From the NCBI GenBank assembly GCA_963780185.1, contig CAWABA010000004.1, forward strand, positions 64,001-128,000: a DNA stretch of 64,000 bases, given 5' to 3'. This stretch comes from Candidatus Bathyarchaeota archaeon (lineage in GTDB: Archaea > Thermoproteota > Bathyarchaeia > Bathyarchaeales > Bathycorpusculaceae). The notes below the pieces were generated by a model, which did no database searches, had not been told where the DNA came from, and was given only the letters and a program-made list of their open reading frames with translations. The position numbers and the translations under genes were made by a program. Shown piece after piece: positions 1-8,338 of the stretch (the stretch's first letter is position 1; each line of letters opens with the position of its first letter).

Positions 1-84
1 GATAAAGGAAAAACCGCCATCCGCACGCATCTGGAAACCATGCGCCGCCTAACCACAAAGTACCTGCCCGAAAGCCAACCATGA
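1..84 (+). CDS. 3' end of a probable winged-helix transcriptional regulator (partial)
   Basis: Frame 1 reads DKGKTAIRTHLETMRRLTTKYLPESQP*, resembling the C-terminal helix of ArsR/PadR-like wHTH proteins; truncated by the window edge. Confidence 0.45.
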   Translation, partial: DKGKTAIRTHLETMRRLTTKYLPESQP

Positions 85-113
85 AGTTTCAAGCTGTTCA
101 GGCGTTTGATGCT

Positions 114-500
114 TTAGATCCAGGCTGTTTCTATTTCTTTGATTTGCTTGAAGTGTGGGTCGTCTGTAATGCAGACTGCCTTGAGCATAAGTGCTGTGGC
201 GGCGATTATGCTGCCACCCATGGACAAACGGTATTTGTGTCTTAACTCTGCGGAAATTTGGGCAATCTGCTCGTCAACAAGAACCACCTCAAATTCCCCC
301 AGAATACCGGCAATTTGAGTTTTTACCGTTTCTCGGCTTCTCCTTGAAAGTGCAAAGTTATAGAATTCGTGGATTACAACAGCTGATATGTATCTACCTT
401 TTCGGATATTTTGTGACCGCATTTTGTTTAGCAGCGACTTGTTTTCCGAGTAGTAATAGTCTACGAAGAACCTAGTGTCAAAGACTGCTTTGTTCGTCAT
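114..500 (-). CDS. vapC: PIN-domain VapC toxin
   Basis: AVFDT...IHE...LSMGGSIIAATA...ITDD PIN pattern; overlaps the upstream AbrB-type gene. Confidence 0.85.
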   Translation of the reverse strand: MTNKAVFDTRFFVDYYYSENKSLLNKMRSQNIRKGRYISAVVIHEFYNFALSRRSRETVKTQIAGILGEFEVVLVDEQIAQISAELRHKYRLSMGGSIIAATALMLKAVCITDDPHFKQIKEIETAWI

Positions 501-828
501 CTGGGTCTACTTCATGTCTCATTTTGTCAAGTTCTGCTTTCACTTCTTCGACTGTGGCCTGACCTGCGTAAGCTCCAGCCATATCCCAGAAGGTCTTCTT
601 CCTCTTCAAAAGGACACCATCTCCTGTGTCGATTACCTCGAGCTTCGTGCCCTCTTCAATTTGGTATTTTCTGCGAAGCTTGACAGGAATCGTTGTCTGT
701 CCTTTTTTTGTTACAACGACCACGACTTCCTTGACTTTGCTTCTTTTTGGAAAACTGATTTCCTCAAGCCTTATTTCCGATTCTTCCGTCAATGGGCTTT
801 CTGCTGCTTTTGGCTCTAACTTTTCCAA
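478..828 (-). CDS. AbrB/MazE/SpoVT-type antitoxin (true start probably downstream of 828)
   Basis: VTKKGQTTIPVKLRRKYQIEEGTKL swapped-hairpin motif; directly upstream of vapC. Confidence 0.85.
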   Translation of the reverse strand: MEKLEPKAAESPLTEESEIRLEEISFPKRSKVKEVVVVVTKKGQTTIPVKLRRKYQIEEGTKLEVIDTGDGVLLKRKKTFWDMAGAYAGQATVEEVKAELDKMRHEVDPDDEQSSL

Positions 829-952
829 CTTTTTTCGCCGTATTACTTTTAGTTTGTATTACCTTTAAGCGTTGCGGAATAACTTGCAAATTGCCGCCTG
901 GGGGTGCGAAGGCTTTTTAGCGCAAACCACCCAATAACACACGTGAACCCAA

Positions 953-1489
953 ATGAGCCTACTTGACGCATCCGACTTCATCATCCAAAAGAAAATCCTC
1001 AGCGCTTACGAACACTACGATTTTTTGGACCTGCAAGGAAACAAACTGGCGGAAGCCGACGGCAGCCTCATCCAAATCCCACCCAAATTCGAAGTCAAAG
1101 ATACCCACCAAATTGAACTCCTCCACATGCAAGGCAAAACCCTCAGCCTCCACCACGAATTCACCCTCTATGGCACAACTGGGGAAGAGTTGGGAACCAT
1201 AAAAAAGAAAATCGCAACCTTTGGGCACCAAGAATACTGGATCGAAAAAAACGGGCAAGAATTCATGCGCATCTACGGCGACTTCACCTGCCACGAATAC
1301 CAAATGGAAACAGCCGGGCAATCCGTCGCCGCCGTACATAGGAAATGGGTTTCGCTGCGAGACCAAATGGGAGTCTCCATAACAGGCAACGTAGACCACC
1401 GAATAATCATAGGCGCAGTAATCGTAATAGAACATGTTGAAGCCACAGAACAACACTCTTCTTCGGGCACAGTCAACGTTAGATTTTGA
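953..1489 (+). CDS. LURP-one/Tubby-C (scramblase-like) family protein
   Basis: FIIQKKILS...GTIKKK...RIYGDF...VAAVHRKWVSLRD pattern. Confidence 0.75.
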   Translation: MSLLDASDFIIQKKILSAYEHYDFLDLQGNKLAEADGSLIQIPPKFEVKDTHQIELLHMQGKTLSLHHEFTLYGTTGEELGTIKKKIATFGHQEYWIEKNGQEFMRIYGDFTCHEYQMETAGQSVAAVHRKWVSLRDQMGVSITGNVDHRIIIGAVIVIEHVEATEQHSSSGTVNVRF

Positions 1490-1544
1490 AGCCATTGAAA
1501 ATATCAGCAGAATTAAATGATAAAACAACAAGAAGTAAAACCCT

Positions 1545-1728
1545 ATGGAAGAAATGACCTACCTAAACAAGGCAACAACCAAAAACGAATCCCTAAGAAC
1601 AACCATTCCAAGAAGCATAGTACAACAATTCGGCTTAACAGAATATGATATGCTTGAATGGATTCTAAAAGCGGAAGGTGGAGAACTGAGTTATTAGTGT
1701 GAAGCCTAGAAAAGGGGAAGTCAGGTAA
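1545..1728 (+). CDS. Small AbrB-like DNA-binding protein with one frameshift near 1689 (not in the ORF track)
   Basis: ATG1545 MEEMTYLNKATTKNESLRTTIPRSIVQQFGLTEYDMLEWILKAEGGEL; removing one base continues VISVKPRKGEVR* to 1728. Confidence 0.65.
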
Positions 1729-1730
1729 AA

Positions 1731-2366
1731 TTGACGAAGGCTATCTACCCACTAAATTTTGAGTGCCAAAAAAATGAAGCTGTATTCTATAATCATTTAC
1801 TTTATCCATCCTCCCTAAATAGGGCACGAATTGATGTACTTCAACGAATGGCACATTACTTTGAGCATTTAGACAAGAATGATGATAGGCTCCTCGTTTT
1901 AACGGCAGAATTATTGTTAGAAAATGCAATCGACAGATATTTGTCCGAATTAATGCCTTCTTATAAAAAGAATCTGAACGATAAGAAAGAATTTACTTTT
2001 TCCCTAAAGATTGCGGTAGCAAAATCACTCAAATTGTCACCACCACAGTTTTTTAACAGCGCAGATTTGATACGGAGAATAAGAAACCAATTTGTTCATC
2101 AGTTGGAAATCACAAAGTTTGAAATGCTTAACTCTAAGATACAGAAAGAAATAAGCGACAATTTGCTACTTTATATTCCGAAAGAGAAACTTGCTGAAAA
2201 AACATTGCAAGAACGTTTCAGGTCTCTTTCTTTGTATACTTTTTACGGCATGAACCGTCAAATTGAAAACGTGCATTCTCTTAATGTTTTCATAAGAGAT
2301 GATGGATTTCTGAGCAACTTGACAAAATTTTTTGCTCAAAAAGGAATATGTACCCCCACTAAGTGA
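1731..2366 (+). CDS. MtlR-like/HEPN-fold protein
   Basis: DDRLLVL...LLENA...FTFSLKI...IRRIRNQFVH contains an RxxxxH motif; AT-rich. Confidence 0.55.
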   Translation: MTKAIYPLNFECQKNEAVFYNHLLYPSSLNRARIDVLQRMAHYFEHLDKNDDRLLVLTAELLLENAIDRYLSELMPSYKKNLNDKKEFTFSLKIAVAKSLKLSPPQFFNSADLIRRIRNQFVHQLEITKFEMLNSKIQKEISDNLLLYIPKEKLAEKTLQERFRSLSLYTFYGMNRQIENVHSLNVFIRDDGFLSNLTKFFAQKGICTPTK

Positions 2367-2480
2367 CGAAATGGCTAAAATTGGCATCCCTTGAAAGTTT
2401 ACGTGGAGAGCTATCCCTTAGAGACTTTACAGAACCCAAAATAGCAACCATTAAAAGTTAGAGTTGCAAAAATAAGCGGT

Positions 2481-2812
2481 TTATTTTTTGCGTATGTTGC
2501 ATTGGAGTACTTTGGGGCAGATTAGGCATTCGTCTTGTGTTAGCATGCTTTCTCCTGGCATGTGGAGTAGGCTGCTGTAGTGGGCGCATTTGGCGGTGAG
2601 TCGAAGACGGTTGGGTATTCGGTGGGTTTGACTTCGATGACTCGGTTTTTTTCGGTGATGAGGTTGAGTTTGCTCATGCAGTAGGGGCAGGCGAAGTGGG
2701 TTTGTCGTGGGATGGTGTTGGTGTCGGTTATGACGGTCGGCTTGTCAAATACTTTTTCGCATCCTTTGTAAGGGCATTTGAGTTTTTGCTCGTGCCCATG
2801 GAAAAGCTGCAC
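2481..2812 (-). CDS. Cys-rich zinc-finger protein with one frameshift near 2596
   Basis: CPYKGC...CPYC; the shifted frame continues AKCAHYSSLLHMPGESMLTQDECLICPKVLQCNIRKK* to 2481. Confidence 0.65.
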
Positions 2813-3091
2813 GTCATTCGCCTCCCATGTTTATTTAACATCGAGTGTAGCAATATTTAATAAACTTTATCGACTAACGCTTCCTCCGTCTAATTGCACA
2901 ACAGAAATACACAAACGCCAAACCCCATAGCGACAAATGCAAAGCCTTTTAGACAATAACCAATCAATACCACATCACAGCCCGTTGAAATTATGCTATT
3001 TATGCAACATTTCACAACAATTATGAACAAATCTCAACCACCCTTATATCGCCTAACGACCCATCAATATCAAAAAAGAACGGTGAAAAAA

Positions 3092-3154
3092 ATGGAAAAA
3101 CCATCCCCAAAAAAAGCAGCCCCAAAAGAAGTCCTGTACTTCCCGCATGTATAG
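3092..3154 (+). CDS. 20-aa micro-ORF MEKPSPKKAAPKEVLYFPHV
   Basis: GGTGA Shine-Dalgarno shortly upstream of ATG3092. Confidence 0.35.
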   Translation: MEKPSPKKAAPKEVLYFPHV

Positions 3155-3164
3155 GTGACATGAA

Positions 3165-3314
3165 ATGTTTGCGGAGACAAGTATGCCCATATTTGTGCTG
3201 TGCACAAGCTCGCTGACGGCAGCCTTCGTGTACTATAATCTGAAATACCGAAAGTTCCTCAAAGAAAACCCAAGCTTAACCAACCCATCCACAGAGCAAA
3301 ACAGAAGGAGGTGA
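3165..3314 (+). CDS. 49-aa single-TM small protein
   Basis: AGGTGA SD; MFAETSMPIFVLCTSSLTAAFVYYNLKYRKFLKE... is a hydrophobic stretch followed by basic residues. Confidence 0.45.
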   Translation: MFAETSMPIFVLCTSSLTAAFVYYNLKYRKFLKENPSLTNPSTEQNRRR

Positions 3315-3430
3315 ACCAGAAGACAAAACGAAAAAATGCAAACACATCAACAAGCCAATTCCGCGCCCACCCGCCCAACAGGAATTTGGCTTCCCCTTTT
3401 TCTTTTTTTTAACGTCAAAGTTTTTATCCT

Positions 3431-4084
3431 CTATGCGAGGACTTTATGGCAAGTGATATTCTTGGTTGAAATTTTGACGGGTAAGATGGTTTCAATAGTA
3501 ACGAAGACCATGTTTCCAATGGTGGATAAGGTGGTTTCTGAATTTGCGAGCTGATAGAAATCTGAAAAACGACTTGGAAGCTCTAAAAAGATGTTTTCCT
3601 CGGTTTTCTTGATGGGTACAACCTCTTTTGAAAGTGATGTGCCATTCCACTCCGCTATTTCCCGATCAGCAACCCCGACGGTTGACCTTGAAAGCGCATA
3701 AACAAATGCTTTTTCGCCCCAAAGGTCAAAGTTTACCATCTCGCGAGGTATCTCAACCTGATTAATCGGTCGTTTCTGGAAGTCCTTTGGGTAAACTGTC
3801 TTGACGAGCACACCTTTTTTCAAATTATGTTTTATTGAGGCTTTGTTTTCGGCTAATAGGCGGTTTACGCTTCCATCTATTTTGCCGTTTGTGCACTGAA
3901 GGTTTTCAGCGATTTCTGAAATTGTTATGCCGTGCTTCTTCATGATTTGCTGCAGGACGGCTGCGTCGGTTGATTGCCCTTTTTTGTGCATTACGACGGG
4001 TGCTCCTGAAAGACGGCTCATATCATCACATTGCCTGTGGAATTGATGAGTGTTAGTTGCTAATAAGCGTTTAGAAGCTTCCAA
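3431..4084 (-). CDS. Winged-helix domain protein with a beta-rich C-terminus (likely start 4021)
   Basis: GITISEIAENLQCTNGKIDGSVNRL HTH. Confidence 0.6.
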   Translation of the reverse strand: MEASKRLLATNTHQFHRQCDDMSRLSGAPVVMHKKGQSTDAAVLQQIMKKHGITISEIAENLQCTNGKIDGSVNRLLAENKASIKHNLKKGVLVKTVYPKDFQKRPINQVEIPREMVNFDLWGEKAFVYALSRSTVGVADREIAEWNGTSLSKEVVPIKKTEENIFLELPSRFSDFYQLANSETTLSTIGNMVFVTIETILPVKISTKNITCHKVLA

Positions 4085-4125
4085 ACGACTATTAAATTAA
4101 CACAAAAAACCCATAAGTCTACGAC

Positions 4126-4374
4126 ATGACCAAGGCAGTGCTCATGAGCCCTACAGCCTACAGGTGGCTACAAAGACACCCATTCGTCTCAGAAGAAGCC
4201 ATAATAGGCATAATCCTAAACTGCCCGACAAGAGAGCGCAAGTACTTTGACGATGAGAGATTCCAAATCACCTTCAAAAGAAGAAAAAACGGCAAATTCG
4301 TAAACATCACACTATGGATACATGAAAGACAGGACTCGTTTTACATAGGCAAAATGCATTCAGAAAAAGCGTAA
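4126..4374 (+). CDS. Small basic hypothetical protein, possibly with a RelE/BrnT-like fold
   Basis: 82 aa; helix-helix followed by beta strands ending ...IGKMH. Confidence 0.5.
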   Translation: MTKAVLMSPTAYRWLQRHPFVSEEAIIGIILNCPTRERKYFDDERFQITFKRRKNGKFVNITLWIHERQDSFYIGKMHSEKA

Positions 4375-4414
4375 GGCAAACTGCCCTTTGAACCAACATT
4401 GTTGGGATTGGGGT

Positions 4415-4431
4415 GTGGAGCCTCGAGCGGG
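4415..4431 (-). repeat. tRNA-Thr 3'-end duplication (att-like copy 3)
   Basis: GTGGAGCCTCGAGCGGG is identical to 6820-6836. Confidence 0.8.
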
Positions 4432-4548
4432 AATTAATCATTTGGGATGTAAAGCACTCTGGAGTTTTGCATATCCGAAGATTTCGTAGAAACCCCAATT
4501 TTATTATTTAGGCGCTGACATAACTGTGAATCAGGGGAAGATTACTGC

Positions 4549-5229
4549 ATGAAGGTTTTCGAAAGACCCGGTCCCGTAAACACTGATAGCGTCATAGATA
4601 TTGCAAGTGAGGCTGCATCCAGAGCTGATTTTGTCGTTGTGGCGTCGGTTACGGGCAGCAGCGCCGTGAAAGTAGCTGAGAAAATACGGGACAAACCCGT
4701 CGTCTGTGTTACCTGTCCTCAAGGCATGTTCTGGCAAGTTAACGAGATGAAAGACGACCTCTTCGCCAGAATCCCTGAACTGAGAAGCCGACGCGACGAC
4801 TGGGTCAACAAAGGCTTAGAAAAGGTTCCCATGTTTGTAACGGAGGAAAACAAAGCCAAGCTGGACAGTTTAGGCGTCAAGATTGTTCGAGGAACCATCC
4901 CCCTGTTTGGTCCAAGCTTCTCCATGAGAACCCACCTCAAAAAAACAACTTCACTGGATGTAATCGCGAAGACGTTGGAGTTGATTTCCACCGGAACGCT
5001 GGTTTGCATGGAAACCGTTCTGATGGCAACCGACGCAGGCGTCATTCCTGAAGAGAAACGGGTTCTTGCCTGTGCAGGAACAGAAATGGGTTTAGACACC
5101 GCGTGGATTCTGAGAAACAGCGCGTCGGCGAACCTGTTTCATCCCGAGAGAGGCTTCAGGTTCGTGGAGCTGCTGGCAAAGCCCGGGGTTGCACTTACTC
5201 CCAAAGTAGACATTAAATACCTAAGATGA
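4549..5229 (+). CDS. Pyruvate-kinase C-terminal-like protein (MTH1675/COG1751 family)
   Basis: FERPGPVNT...VVVASVTGSSA...VCMETVLMATDAG...GTEMGLDTA. Confidence 0.8.
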   Translation: MKVFERPGPVNTDSVIDIASEAASRADFVVVASVTGSSAVKVAEKIRDKPVVCVTCPQGMFWQVNEMKDDLFARIPELRSRRDDWVNKGLEKVPMFVTEENKAKLDSLGVKIVRGTIPLFGPSFSMRTHLKKTTSLDVIAKTLELISTGTLVCMETVLMATDAGVIPEEKRVLACAGTEMGLDTAWILRNSASANLFHPERGFRFVELLAKPGVALTPKVDIKYLR

Positions 5230-5275
5230 ACCGCATAATCCGAAGAGCATTTTTGGGTAAGGCTTAGCCTTGCAA

Positions 5276-5297
5276 AGGTGGAGCCTCGAGCGGGCTT
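5276..5297 (-). repeat. tRNA-Thr 3'-end duplication (att-like copy 2)
   Basis: AGGTGGAGCCTCGAGCGGGCTT is identical to 6818-6839. Confidence 0.85.
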
Positions 5298-5485
5298 TTG
5301 TTTTTATCAGGCACCGGGAGTTAAGGTACCTGTTCGCAGGAAGGGAAGCGGGAGCTATTAGTACACCGTTTAAAGGAAGAAGAAGTTGAAGGACAAGGAA
5401 TCAGCTCATCCGTCTTCTTTTGACAAAATTCACTTCAAGACTTCAACTCAGAAATTGCCTTTTGCCAACTGCTAAAACGACAGTT

Positions 5486-6037
5486 TTACTTGTGATTTGA
5501 AGGCGGCTTCTCGTTTAATTCACGGTATCTTTCCATCGCGTAAGTTACGATTTCAGCTGCTTCACACGCATTCTTCCATGCACGTACTTTCACCCATTTG
5601 TGAGGTTCAAGCCGCTTGTATGTCTCGAAAAACTCTTGAATTTCAACTAGCCGATGCTTATGAACATCGGTAATATCCTTGTAGCCTTCGAAGCGGGCAT
5701 CATTGACAAGCACTGACAGAATCTTTGCGTCAAGCCCTTCTTCATCTTCGATTATTAACGCCCCTATAACGCGGACTTTAACGATACAGCTTGTCGTCAA
5801 AGGAGCATAGCTAAGCACCATTATATCCAATGGGTCTTCGTCATCAAACCATGTTTGAGGAACAAAACCGTATTCTACAGGGAAAACAACCGATGAAGGA
5901 ATAATCCTATCTAAAACGAAACCTTCCCACTTTAAACTGTACTCATACTTATCTCGAGAACCGCTTGAGACTTCAATAACCATATTTAGTTGTTGAGGCG
6001 GGTTATCTCCGGCAGGGATGTCTTTCCAGAAGTTCAT
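5486..6037 (-). CDS. ppa: Family I inorganic pyrophosphatase
   Basis: KYEY...DR...YGFVPQTWFDDEDPLD...DAKIL...FFETYK. Confidence 0.95.
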   Translation of the reverse strand: MNFWKDIPAGDNPPQQLNMVIEVSSGSRDKYEYSLKWEGFVLDRIIPSSVVFPVEYGFVPQTWFDDEDPLDIMVLSYAPLTTSCIVKVRVIGALIIEDEEGLDAKILSVLVNDARFEGYKDITDVHKHRLVEIQEFFETYKRLEPHKWVKVRAWKNACEAAEIVTYAMERYRELNEKPPSNHK

Positions 6038-6105
6038 CTTTTATCAACTTTTACCAAACTCTAATCCAGCGATTTAAACATAACCAACATTAAAAATGGA
6101 AGTGT

Positions 6106-6154
6106 TGGAGGCTCGAGCGGGCTTCGATCCCGCGGCCTGCAGCTTACAGTAGCC
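6106..6154 (-). repeat. tRNA-Thr 3'-half duplication from the anticodon arm to CCA (att-like copy 1)
   Basis: TGGAGGCTCGAGCGGGCTTCGATCCCGCGGCCTGCAGCTTAC matches 6821-6862 with 3 mismatches. Confidence 0.9.
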
Positions 6155-6194
6155 TTATATCGATTTGTATACATATTAAACTAATCGTTTACAG

Positions 6195-6428
6195 GTGTGT
6201 ACTATGGAAACAGAGGTCCTGTCTGTCAGAGTTAAGAAAAGCCTCAAAAAAGAAGCAGAAAGGATGGGTATTGATATAAAAGCTGCTGTAGAAGAGCGTC
6301 TCGAGGAACTTGTGGAGGAAAAGAAAGCGAAAGCCAAAAGACGCGCGGAGGAGCTTCGTCGCGCTATGGGAAACGTTACTGTGGAGGAGTGGGTAAAAGA
6401 CGTCAAAGAGACAAGGCAAGAGATGTAA
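6195..6428 (+). CDS. VapB/CcdA-like ribbon-helix-helix antitoxin (likely start 6204)
   Basis: METEVLSVRVKKSLKKEAERMGIDIK...EEWVKDVKETR. Confidence 0.8.
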   Translation: MCTMETEVLSVRVKKSLKKEAERMGIDIKAAVEERLEELVEEKKAKAKRRAEELRRAMGNVTVEEWVKDVKETRQEM

Positions 6429-6801
6429 ATACCTACTAGACGCATCCTCATTGTACCCCCTACTGCTTTCTGGAGAAGCCTTCGACTTTGAGCAATGTGC
6501 TGTAAGTACCCTGACGGAATATGAATTAGGCAACGTACTTTGGAAAGAAACTAGGAGAAAGAGAATCGACTTCAAGCAGGCATCGCAAACTTTTTCGGAT
6601 GCTCTGTCAGAGCTAAAGAAAATCGGCATCGGCAGTATAGACGATATTTTGGTATTAGCACTGGAGAGAAACCTTACCTTTTACGATGCCTCATATGCTT
6701 ACCTCGCTGAAAGGGAAGATATGAAACTAGTTACCGAAGATGTTGATTTGATTAAGAAATGTAAGTGTGCCATCCACACAAAAGAGATGGAGCCAACTTA
6801 G
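6400..6801 (+). CDS. vapC: PIN-domain VapC toxin; the conserved N-terminus lies upstream of the TTG6451 call, so ACG6400 is the likely start
   Basis: KYLLDASSLYP...EYELGN...LTFYDASY...LVTED. Confidence 0.8.
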   Translation, partial: TSKRQGKRCKYLLDASSLYPLLLSGEAFDFEQCAVSTLTEYELGNVLWKETRRKRIDFKQASQTFSDALSELKKIGIGSIDDILVLALERNLTFYDASYAYLAEREDMKLVTEDVDLIKKCKCAIHTKEMEPT

Positions 6802-6820
6802 CTTGCTTGTTTGAATGAGG

Positions 6821-6897
6821 TGGAGCCTCGAGCGGGCTTCGGTCCCGCGGCCTGCTGCTTACGAGGCAGCCGCTCTACCAGGCTGAGCCATCGAGGC
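6821..6897 (-). tRNA. tRNA-Thr(CGU) with encoded CCA
   Basis: GCCTCGA/TCGAGGC acceptor, GCTC/GAGC D stem, GCTGC-CTCGTAA-GCAGC anticodon arm, GCGGG/CCCGC T stem, discriminator U then CCA; TTTAAAAA TATA-like box upstream (~6933-6940). Confidence 0.93.
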
Positions 6898-7006
6898 GCA
6901 CCGTTTATGTTTGCTAATCAGTGAAGCCCAAGTTTTTAAATGTTTTATCGCAGAGGTGCATGTTGAAAAGCGCCATTCCACATAGAAAAGTGCATGTGTC
7001 GAATGT

Positions 7007-7194
7007 ATGTTGAAGTATGTTGTTTCATATTTGGAGCCTATTTGGTGCATCTAGTTGACGGAGGGGGTAGATGTTGCATTCAAACATAAACGGGGTTCAG
7101 GCGCTGTTCTTTGTGTCTATTTGGCTCATCTAGATGTCCCTATTTGGATCCTATAGAAAACCGTAGGGAGGCTGGGTACGAAAAAATAAAAACC
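7007..7194 (+). repeat. ~190-bp non-coding dispersed repeat, copy A
   Basis: Reverse complement of 14559-14748. Confidence 0.9.
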
Positions 7195-7312
7195 CGACGG
7201 GGAAGACACCGATTTACGTGACCAAAACTCAGCCCAAACACGGCTTAAGCGTCAATCTTAAAAGGTTTAACCAGCTTATCTTGATTTGTAGTTTTAATTC
7301 AGAGGCGATTAC

Positions 7313-8338
7313 GTGAGCAACGAAAAAGCAGGAAAAACTCCAGCCCGAGACGGCGCAGGTATCGGCGAACGAAGGATAATTGACATTATCGCCAGCCACC
7401 TTGAAGCCATGCCTAACCTGCCCGTGCCCTTCGGAGACGACGTGTCCGCCGTCAACATAGATGAAAAACAGGTTGCCGTGCTCAAAACGGACATGCTTGT
7501 AGGCAAAACCGACGTGCCCCCAAATATGAGCCTTTGGCAGGCCTCACGCAAAGCAGTTGTCATGAACATCAGCGACTTCGCTTCCAAAGGTGTGCAGCCA
7601 ACAGCCGCGCTTGTATCCCTGGGGTTACCTAAAGGCTTCATGCAAAAAGACATTGAAGAAATCGCGCGGGGACTAAACGCGGGTGCAAGAGAATATGGGG
7701 CATACATCGTCGGCGGAGACACGGGTGAAGCCTCAGACCTCATAATTTCAATCAGCCTCTACGGTACAGCAGAGAAAACGAGCCTGATACTGCGCAACGG
7801 AGCTAAGCCAGGAGACGTTTTGGCTGTCACAGGGTTCTTCGGCAAATCAGCCGCTGGACTACGGTTGCTGATGGATAACTGTTCAGCGTCTGCTCATCTT
7901 CGGGATGTTTTGCTTGGGGCGGTTTGCATGCCTAAGGCGCGGCTAAAAGAAGGATTAGCCCTTAGCCGTTCGGGTGCAGCGTCAGCTTCGATCGATTCAA
8001 GCGACGGCTTAGCTTGGAGCCTGCATGAAATCGCCAAAATGAGCAACGTCGGCTTTGTCGTTAACACCGTTCCCGTCTCCGACGAAGTTAGACGGTTCGC
8101 GGAATTCAACCATCTCAACCCCACGGAACTGGCACTTTACGGCGGCGAAGAATACGAACTAGTCGTAACCATCAAGCCAGACAAATGGGTCGAAGCGGAA
8201 GACGCAATTGAAGCCGTCGGCGGATGCCTCCTGCCCATTGGAAAAGCAACAAGGGACACGCAGATGCTCTTAGACGTTGACGGCACGAAGCGCCCTGTTG
8301 AAGCCCGCGGCTGGGAGCATTTCAAGAGCAAGATTTAG
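7313..8338 (+). CDS. thiL: Thiamine-monophosphate kinase
   Basis: GDDVS, KTDMLV, MNISDFASKG, GGDT, DSSDGL, GGEEYEL, GWEHF. Confidence 0.95.
   Translation: MSNEKAGKTPARDGAGIGERRIIDIIASHLEAMPNLPVPFGDDVSAVNIDEKQVAVLKTDMLVGKTDVPPNMSLWQASRKAVVMNISDFASKGVQPTAALVSLGLPKGFMQKDIEEIARGLNAGAREYGAYIVGGDTGEASDLIISISLYGTAEKTSLILRNGAKPGDVLAVTGFFGKSAAGLRLLMDNCSASAHLRDVLLGAVCMPKARLKEGLALSRSGAASASIDSSDGLAWSLHEIAKMSNVGFVVNTVPVSDEVRRFAEFNHLNPTELALYGGEEYELVVTIKPDKWVEAEDAIEAVGGCLLPIGKATRDTQMLLDVDGTKRPVEARGWEHFKSKI

Noticed and set aside
4415-6862. CRISPR array
   Set aside because: The repeats are tRNA fragments spaced by whole genes; there are no regular repeat-spacer units or cas genes in the window
6821-6897. 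Idea that tRNA-Thr(CGU), which reads ACG and has A54, initiates the ACG-start genes
   Set aside because: It lacks initiator features: no three G-C pairs in the anticodon stem and a G1-C72 pair. Near-cognate reading by tRNAi-Met is simpler.
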